Shown here piece by piece: positions 26,898-32,834 of a DNA stretch of 32,834 nt. Both the position numbers and the translations under genes were made by a program. This stretch comes from Candidatus Heimdallarchaeota archaeon (GTDB lineage Archaea; Asgardarchaeota; Heimdallarchaeia; Hodarchaeales; Hodarchaeaceae). How positions within the stretch are numbered: the stretch's first letter is position 1; the number at the start of each line of letters is the position of its first letter. The DNA lies in assembly GCA_020353515.1 (NCBI GenBank), contig CP070695.1, forward strand, positions 93,956 to 126,789, read 5' to 3'. The notes below the pieces were generated by a model, which saw only the letters and a list, made by a program, of their open reading frames with translations, was not told the origin of the DNA and did no database searches.

Positions 26898-27335
26898 ATG
26901 TCCAAAAGATTGAGAGTCGCCTATTTAGATCGGTGTATTGGATGTTATCAATGCGTTTTTGCTTGTGCTCGCGCAAATGAGAAAGTTCTATCAATCGACA
27001 GAACTTCAATTCGAGTTAAGACGATTGGGGGTTATGGAAGAGAGGGGTTTGCAGTGGTAGTCTGTCGTGGATGCTTAGATCCACCTTGCGTACCAGTATG
27101 TCCTATTGAAGGAGCTATTCGTACAAGAACTAAAGGGGGTGGAGTGAAAGTTGATCGATCAATATGTAATACAACAAAATGCAATCAGGAATGTGATAAT
27201 GCCTGTCTCATCCCAGGAGCCATCTATATTGATGAAGAGATTCAGAATGCAATCGTCTGTAGACAATGTAGCATATGCACCAAATTTTGTCCCACTGGAG
27301 TATTAATAATGGAGGAACCACCATCTGGCTTTTAA
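26898..27335 (+). CDS. 4x[4Fe-4S] ferredoxin-like small subunit of the downstream tungsten oxidoreductase
   Basis: 16 Cys in four groups: CIGCYQCVFAC, CRGCLDPPCVPVCP, CNTTKCNQECDNAC, CRQCSICTKFCP. Confidence 0.92.
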   Translation: MSKRLRVAYLDRCIGCYQCVFACARANEKVLSIDRTSIRVKTIGGYGREGFAVVVCRGCLDPPCVPVCPIEGAIRTRTKGGGVKVDRSICNTTKCNQECDNACLIPGAIYIDEEIQNAIVCRQCSICTKFCPTGVLIMEEPPSGF

Positions 27336-29138
27336 GTGATTAGAATGGGTATAATTGCTGATAGAATATTAGTCATTGATCTAACAACAAATGATCATCA
27401 ATTCATTGATGGGGCGAACTTATTTGCTGAATGGATAGGAGGAGTTGGAGTTGGTATAAACCTTCTGAACCAATATGTCCCATCAAACGCCGATCCCCTA
27501 GGATCAGATAATGCAATTATTTTTGCGATTGGATCTTTATCTACTTTTTATCCAATTATTTCAAAAACGGTAACCGTTTTCAGGTCACCTCTTACTAATG
27601 ACCTTGGAGAATCCTATGCTGGAGGACGATTATCTTTAGCATTACGATTTGCTAATATTGGTGCTCTAGTTATTATAGGAAAAGCAAAAAAACCATCAAT
27701 TGTTACAATAATAAAGGATGAGGTGAAGATAAGACCTGCTGGTCCTTTGGCTCATATGTATACATCAACCATAGGAAGAGTACTTCGGGAACTTATCCCA
27801 GCGTATCCTGGAAAGCGTAGCATACTACGCATTGGTCAAGCAGGAGAAAATCTCGTTCGATATAGCAATATTGTAGTTGATACTTTGAGGCACTTTGGTA
27901 GATTGGGAGCAGGAGCAGTATTAGGTTCTAAAAATCTTAAAGCCATAGTCATTAGTGGTAACCAAAATATTTCACTAAATCAACCTAAAATCGATAGGAG
28001 AGCTTATTCAAAAACTTATTCACAAATCTGGGATCTCTGTGTTAATACTGAGGTCATGAAAAAGTATCATGTTCTAGGAACCGCACAAAACATTCTTCCA
28101 CTAAATGAATTAAACGCTTTACCTACAAAGAATTTTCTATATGGCAAATTTACTAAAGCTATTGAAATTTCAGGTGAAAAATTTATAGAGGTTTATTTAG
28201 GAAGACGGGTTTCATGTAATACATGCCCAGTGGGCTGTATTCATGTGGGAATATTGAGAGAGAGGTACGGAAAAGATCTAGCTGATATCCATTCCACCTC
28301 TGTTCCATACGATTACGAACCCATGGTTCTACTTGGGCCCACATTACTGATTGGGGATGGTAAAGAATTGATGAAATTGCTTGAACTAACTGAGAAATAT
28401 GGAATGGATGCCATAACCACTGGAGGAGTGTTGGGTTATTTAGCAGAAGCTTATGAAAAGAAGATTATAACTGATTCAGATACAGGCGGATTACCAATTA
28501 GATTTGGAAACGTTGAAGATTTTCTGGAAGTTGTGCATCAGATTGCATTAAGGACTAAAAAGAATAGAAATTTATTTTGGTGGGCAGGAGAAGGATTGGA
28601 TGCACTGGTAAAAAAATATGGTGGGTCAGATATAGCCCTTCGTTTTAATAACCATACTCCTGCAGGATATTCAACAGGCCCTTACAGTATGATAGGACAT
28701 GCTATTGGGGGACGTCACTCTCATCTTGATAACGCTGGTTATTCGTTAGATTTAAAACTAATAGGTAAGGAGCTTCAACCAAACGAAAATATAATGAAAT
28801 TAGTAAAAGAAGAGGAGTGGAGAAATACTCTTAACTCTTTGGTCATTTGTTTATTTGCTAGAAATCTCTATACTCCGCAACTAGTAGTTGAATGCTTCAG
28901 GAGCCTAGGAATTACTATAACTGAAGATGAGTTAAAAAAAATAGGGTTTGCTATTCAAGAGCTACGTATAAAAACGAAGATTCGATTTGGATTCAATTAT
29001 CAAGAGATTAAAACATCTATTCCTAAGCGTCTTTTCGAAATGGAATCAGGACATGGAAAATTGTCAAAATCACTAGTCACTGAATATCTAGAGCTTTACA
29101 ATTCAATATTACGAGAGAGATATCAAATCAAACCTTGA
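27336..29138 (+). CDS. Tungsten-containing aldehyde:ferredoxin oxidoreductase (AOR/WOR) family large subunit
   Basis: WIGGVG, SPLTNDLGESYAGG, IGQAGENLVRYS, GRLGAGAVLGSKNLKAI, CNTCPVGC, DYEP, GMDAITTG, SLVICLFA. Likely start ATG 27345. Confidence 0.93.
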   Translation: MIRMGIIADRILVIDLTTNDHQFIDGANLFAEWIGGVGVGINLLNQYVPSNADPLGSDNAIIFAIGSLSTFYPIISKTVTVFRSPLTNDLGESYAGGRLSLALRFANIGALVIIGKAKKPSIVTIIKDEVKIRPAGPLAHMYTSTIGRVLRELIPAYPGKRSILRIGQAGENLVRYSNIVVDTLRHFGRLGAGAVLGSKNLKAIVISGNQNISLNQPKIDRRAYSKTYSQIWDLCVNTEVMKKYHVLGTAQNILPLNELNALPTKNFLYGKFTKAIEISGEKFIEVYLGRRVSCNTCPVGCIHVGILRERYGKDLADIHSTSVPYDYEPMVLLGPTLLIGDGKELMKLLELTEKYGMDAITTGGVLGYLAEAYEKKIITDSDTGGLPIRFGNVEDFLEVVHQIALRTKKNRNLFWWAGEGLDALVKKYGGSDIALRFNNHTPAGYSTGPYSMIGHAIGGRHSHLDNAGYSLDLKLIGKELQPNENIMKLVKEEEWRNTLNSLVICLFARNLYTPQLVVECFRSLGITITEDELKKIGFAIQELRIKTKIRFGFNYQEIKTSIPKRLFEMESGHGKLSKSLVTEYLELYNSILRERYQIKP

Positions 29139-29379
29139 AACCTGAAAGAAGACTCGTTAAAGATTAAAACAATTCTCGTTACCCATTAAGAAAGAAATAC
29201 TCCCTCCTGACGATGTTTATCTCTCTCTAATTTCTCCACCACTCCTGGGTGGAGGGTGATTTTTAAAGGAATCAGAAAATAGAATCAATTTTTCATAGAC
29301 TTCTTTCAGAAAAATATGTACATCTTAAATGACATGTTTATACAGTTATTACATCTAATTTTCTTGAGAAATCAGTGTT

Positions 29380-30162
29380 CTAGGTGTCCTTGAATTTTCC
29401 AAGAATTTCCTTTGGTAAGGCATAAAATCCTGTTAATAGAAAAGCTAACGAGACTAGATAGACATTAAACCATACAAACCACATATACTCGAGTTCTTTA
29501 GAATGCCATGGCGCCCAAGCAAGGTAGGTGATTCCAAATAAAACGAATCCAAGTACGATTACGTTTGGTGAACTTAATTCTGTCCCCTTCCCATATTGGT
29601 ACCATAAAAGGGCCAAAATACTAGCCATTAGTACAAATTCCCAGTACAAAAAACCATTCATAGTGAATTCAATATCAACAAAAAATATCAACCCGATGAT
29701 AAACCAAACCTCACCGAGAATCAAGATGCTGAACGCTGGGAAATAAATTAACCTATCATCATCAACTAGAAGCTTTGAAACACCAATCCACATTCCAGTG
29801 ACCCAGATAATCATTGGAGTTCGCCATATCAAAAATATTAAGGGATCAGTCATATTGGCAAATTCAAAACCCCATGCTTGAAAAACTAAACCAGCTAAAG
29901 TTATCGAATAAATGAGAAAAGATGTTCCCCAAATTAGCTGAAAGGGGGCTTGTTCTAAAGGTCTTTTCTTAGCAAAATATCGAAAAAGCAAATAACCACT
30001 AATTGAGAGAATCAATAAAAATCCTGCTAATGGGGCTCCAAACAAAGCATAAGATGCTGTTACCTCAGGTACAGGGAATCCACGCGGTTTTATTATCACA
30101 ATAAGAGTGGTTATCATATATAAAATTGATAATAGCACAATATAACCACTATTTCGTGTCAC
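29380..30162 (-). CDS. Hypothetical polytopic membrane protein (about 8 TM, Trp/aromatic-rich)
   Basis: Eight hydrophobic segments with short loops; no family recognised. Confidence 0.75.
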   Translation of the reverse strand: MTRNSGYIVLLSILYMITTLIVIIKPRGFPVPEVTASYALFGAPLAGFLLILSISGYLLFRYFAKKRPLEQAPFQLIWGTSFLIYSITLAGLVFQAWGFEFANMTDPLIFLIWRTPMIIWVTGMWIGVSKLLVDDDRLIYFPAFSILILGEVWFIIGLIFFVDIEFTMNGFLYWEFVLMASILALLWYQYGKGTELSSPNVIVLGFVLFGITYLAWAPWHSKELEYMWFVWFNVYLVSLAFLLTGFYALPKEILGKFKDT

Positions 30163-30247
30163 AAAATCAATTATATCAGTTTTCTGAGATTTACCAATTA
30201 TAAAAAAAAGTTACAAATTATCTTCCAATCAGAAAAGATAATATTTA

Positions 30248-31222
30248 TTACATTTTTTTTACTAGTTCTAGTATTTCTGTTACTTCTCTGTTGATTTGAT
30301 CGATATAGTACATTGGGTCAACAAACGATTCGATTAAATCAAGTTGAAAATTCAGAAAAAATAAAAGATGCATTAGAGTACCCATAAGACGAATATTAGA
30401 TAATTTAAACTTTCTAGGAATCAATGGTTTTGCTACTTCATTATAAGACTTTAAAATGAGGTTTTGAAAGTCCAAACCGTAATCTTCCAAGGAATTAAGT
30501 AAATTTGCAATGTCAATTATTGGAACATCAATTCGCGCCATTCCCCAGTCAAGAACACAGATTTCATTAATATTCTTAACAAAAAAGTTACCAAAATCAA
30601 AATCACCATGAATTAAAGTTAGGTTTCCTTTAGGATGGGTTTTTAATGCTTTTTCAACTTTCTTAAGCTTTGACTCGAATTCTGAAATTAGATCATTTGT
30701 TAAGTAATAAGGATGATTCATTTCTTCTGAGAGTTTTTTGATTTTATACTTGATTTTATTTATAATTCCAATATAATATCGAGATCCTAGTTCCGAAACT
30801 CCAAGATTCTTTAACATTTGAATATCTCGAGAGCTTTCTACGTGAAATTTGGCTAAATTTCTAGTGATTCTGGAAAAAAATGGTTTTACTTCTTCCGAAT
30901 CGATGAAAAAAATGGGTACTATATCATCGATTTTTTCCATAAGTATAAAATGGAGCGAAGGCTCAGAGTGGCCGAAAATAAACTGTGCTCCATTGATCTT
31001 ATAATCACTTGCATATTGATGAACTAGAATCTCATTTTTAAGAATAGAAACCATTGATTTCAAAATATAAGATTTATCTGGGATTTCCTCAAATTCGATG
31101 ACTTCTAAGATTGCAAAAGGATTTTGGTCTAAAATTCTCCTGGATTTTACTGAAAATGCTTTTCCTTTCTTTAGATTCTTAAGTAAAATATTGAGTTTTT
31201 CATTTGTAGGTGTTTTTATCAT
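30248..31222 (-). CDS. Aminoglycoside phosphotransferase / choline kinase-like (APH) family kinase
   Basis: YILKS (Lys), ILME hinge, LAKFH, Brenner-like TLIHGDFDFGNFF, VLDWG, DIANL. Likely start ATG 31222; the ORF track extends to 31324, overlapping nhaA. Confidence 0.85.
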   Translation of the reverse strand: MIKTPTNEKLNILLKNLKKGKAFSVKSRRILDQNPFAILEVIEFEEIPDKSYILKSMVSILKNEILVHQYASDYKINGAQFIFGHSEPSLHFILMEKIDDIVPIFFIDSEEVKPFFSRITRNLAKFHVESSRDIQMLKNLGVSELGSRYYIGIINKIKYKIKKLSEEMNHPYYLTNDLISEFESKLKKVEKALKTHPKGNLTLIHGDFDFGNFFVKNINEICVLDWGMARIDVPIIDIANLLNSLEDYGLDFQNLILKSYNEVAKPLIPRKFKLSNIRLMGTLMHLLFFLNFQLDLIESFVDPMYYIDQINREVTEILELVKKM

Positions 31223-31253
31223 GTTTATCCACATGTGAAAATTGATAAGAATT

Positions 31254-32633
31254 TCATTCGGAGTTAAACTCCTCAAGGTAGATTCTATTATGAACATATC
31301 TGAGAATAAGAAATCCAACAACACCTGATATTAATGAGCCTGTAATTATCCCGATTTTTGCCATAATAAGGTTGTTAGGATCAATTAAGGCAAGACTTGC
31401 TATAAATAGGGACATTGTAAAACCAATACCTCCTAACCATGCTCCACCATAAATATGTCCCCATGTTAATCCAGAAGGTAATTCTGTCAAACCTAACTTT
31501 ACAGAAATCCATGCGAAAAGAAAGATTCCTATTTGCTTACCAAAGACCAATCCAAGGATCACACCTAGCGTTATTGGTTGAAAAAACATTTTTAGATCGA
31601 TAGTTTCGATTGTTATTCCTGCATTGGATAGGATAAAAAGAGGTACTATAGCGAAAGCGACCCAATAATGCAAGCTTCTTTCAAATCGTTGTAAAGGGGT
31701 CTGAACATTTAAACAGGTTAGTTCTAGTGTTTTTAAAGCGGCAAGATGTTGTCGATTGAGAAGGATTTCTTTGTCACGAGGCCCTGCTGCCTTAAATCTC
31801 TCCAATATCAATTGTCCCTCTGCAATGAATTCATCAGGATTAATTCGTGTCCTTGCAGGGATAGCTACTGCTACTAATATTCCTGCGATTGTTGCATGCA
31901 TACCACTTAGGAAGATAAAATACCACATAAAACACCCTATTAGAGCATAAACCAAGTGGTTCTGAATTTCAAACCGGTTAATAAAGAATAAACTTAGCAA
32001 AAGATAACCTGCAATTACTAAATACGTGTATTCAATATTCTGAGAGTAAAATAACGCAATTATCATTACAGCACCAATATCATCAACGATGGCCAAGCTT
32101 GTAATAAAAATTTTCAATGAAAAAGGGACTCTCGTGCCCAATAAAGCCATGATACCAATGACAAAAGCGATATCGGTTGCCATTGGAATACCCCACCCTC
32201 TCGCTGCACTTGGATTATTAATATTAATGATTGAATATATCAAAGCAGGAACAATCATTCCTCCCAGAGCTGCTGAAATAGGAAGAGTAGCTTTCTTTAG
32301 ACTTTTTAATTCTCCCACAAGAATCTCTCTTTTGATTTCTAAACCTACTACAAAAAAGAAAATAGCCATCAATCCATCATTTATCCATAAGTGCAAGGGT
32401 TTCTTTAAGATAAATCCACCTAAGGATACTGAGAGATAAGTCTCCCATAATTCGAAATATTGATGCGCTAATTGTGTATTTGCAATAAACAAGGCAATAC
32501 CTGTGCAAATAATCAATAAAATTCCACTAAACTCTTGCGTTCTAATGAATTCCTTAAATGGCCTTCGAATCTTTATTGAGGGCCTTTTTCTACGTTTTTT
32601 TAAGATTTGAGTAGAAGTCAATGTTTTAATCAC
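31254..32633 (-). CDS. nhaA: Na+/H+ antiporter NhaA
   Basis: WINDGLMAIFFFVVGLEIKRE, AALGGMIVPA, GWGIPMATDIAF, LAIVDDIGA (DD pair), SGMHATIAG, GKQIG, GIGFTMSLFI. Likely start TTG 32621 after AGGTGA. Confidence 0.96.
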   Translation of the reverse strand: MIKTLTSTQILKKRRKRPSIKIRRPFKEFIRTQEFSGILLIICTGIALFIANTQLAHQYFELWETYLSVSLGGFILKKPLHLWINDGLMAIFFFVVGLEIKREILVGELKSLKKATLPISAALGGMIVPALIYSIININNPSAARGWGIPMATDIAFVIGIMALLGTRVPFSLKIFITSLAIVDDIGAVMIIALFYSQNIEYTYLVIAGYLLLSLFFINRFEIQNHLVYALIGCFMWYFIFLSGMHATIAGILVAVAIPARTRINPDEFIAEGQLILERFKAAGPRDKEILLNRQHLAALKTLELTCLNVQTPLQRFERSLHYWVAFAIVPLFILSNAGITIETIDLKMFFQPITLGVILGLVFGKQIGIFLFAWISVKLGLTELPSGLTWGHIYGGAWLGGIGFTMSLFIASLALIDPNNLIMAKIGIITGSLISGVVGFLILRYVHNRIYLEEFNSE

Positions 32634-32641
32634 CTACTTAA

Positions 32642-32655
32642 TGAAAATATTTTCA
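32642..32655. promoter_or_regulatory. Perfect 14-bp palindrome TGAAAATATTTTCA just upstream of nhaA
   Basis: Self-complementary 14-mer 9-22 bp upstream of the nhaA ORF-track start. Confidence 0.35.
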
Positions 32656-32834
32656 ATATTCTCCTAATAGAGAAATTATCTTAATTGATTGACTTTGATT
32701 TTCAATCTACTCTTTAAATGTTATTACATCTTTTTCATTCTTAAAAGAAAGAATTAGATTCATTCGAGATTTACAACTGAATTCAGATTCAAATGTGAAT
32801 AGTAGATTAATTGAGATTAATACGAATTTTAAAA

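Noticed and set aside
26813-29300. AATTTTTCAT direct repeat flanking the WOR operon as a mobile-element target duplication
   Set aside because: The same 10-mer also occurs near 5336, it is low complexity, and no transposase or integrase is present.
29380-30162. Rhodopsin or heliorhodopsin
   Set aside because: No retinal-binding Lys in the last helices (no DxxxK or SxxxK motif), and about 8 TM segments.
30248-31222. Antibiotic-resistance gene
   Set aside because: Only the generic APH/choline-kinase fold motifs are visible; there is no evidence for aminoglycoside specificity or a mobile context.
1346-32439. Short alternative ORFs in the track (e.g. 1346-1555, 2136-2330, 4373-4621, 5238-5423, 6933-7115, 7947-8147, 11371-11595, 13492-13988, 15820-16020, 18505-18747, 20952-21161, 21874-22089, 23001-23279, 23715-23957, 24086-25167, 29528-29746, 31756-31950, 32089-32439)
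   Set aside because: They are antisense or out-of-frame shadows of, or overlap, well-supported genes and show no motifs of their own.

Overview
AT-rich, gene-dense archaeal chromosomal segment with about 31 CDS and no tRNA, rRNA, CRISPR array or recognisable mobile element. The archaeal call rests on a stand-alone Taw1/TYW1 wyosine radical-SAM enzyme, a COG1340-like coiled-coil protein, GGTGA/GGAG ribosome-binding sites, TTG/GTG starts and oligo-T terminators. Gene content and acidic Pro/Glu-rich proteins would fit an Asgard (Heimdall/Hodarchaeales-like) archaeon, but that is inference. Most genes are metabolic or housekeeping: pyrG, flavin reductase, PLP trans-sulfuration enzyme, UbiA, DMT, PHP, GPH-type MFS, non-pyrrolysine MttB, long HtpX, two nitrilase-family enzymes, a CCG Fe-S protein, nitroreductase, Taw1, HAD, GH57, M20, cupin, a two-subunit tungsten oxidoreductase, an APH-like kinase and NhaA. 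The best candidate for an undescribed system is 20582-21999. There, two adjacent unannotated genes share a predicted beta4-alpha (PC4/PUR/Whirly-like) domain, the second carries a ~240-aa acidic disordered tail with a duplicated 21-aa 'ETxxFF...K..(L/I)(E/D)(M/L)L' motif and a basic C-terminal helix, and a possible decayed third copy lies upstream on the opposite strand. Other leads are an orphan CheW + degenerate-MEDS class I histidine kinase + winged-HTH trio, a UbiA/DMT/PHP cluster resembling lipid-linked sugar synthesis and flipping, and a GOR-like heterodimeric tungstoenzyme. All calls are by motif recognition only; no database search or structure prediction was run.
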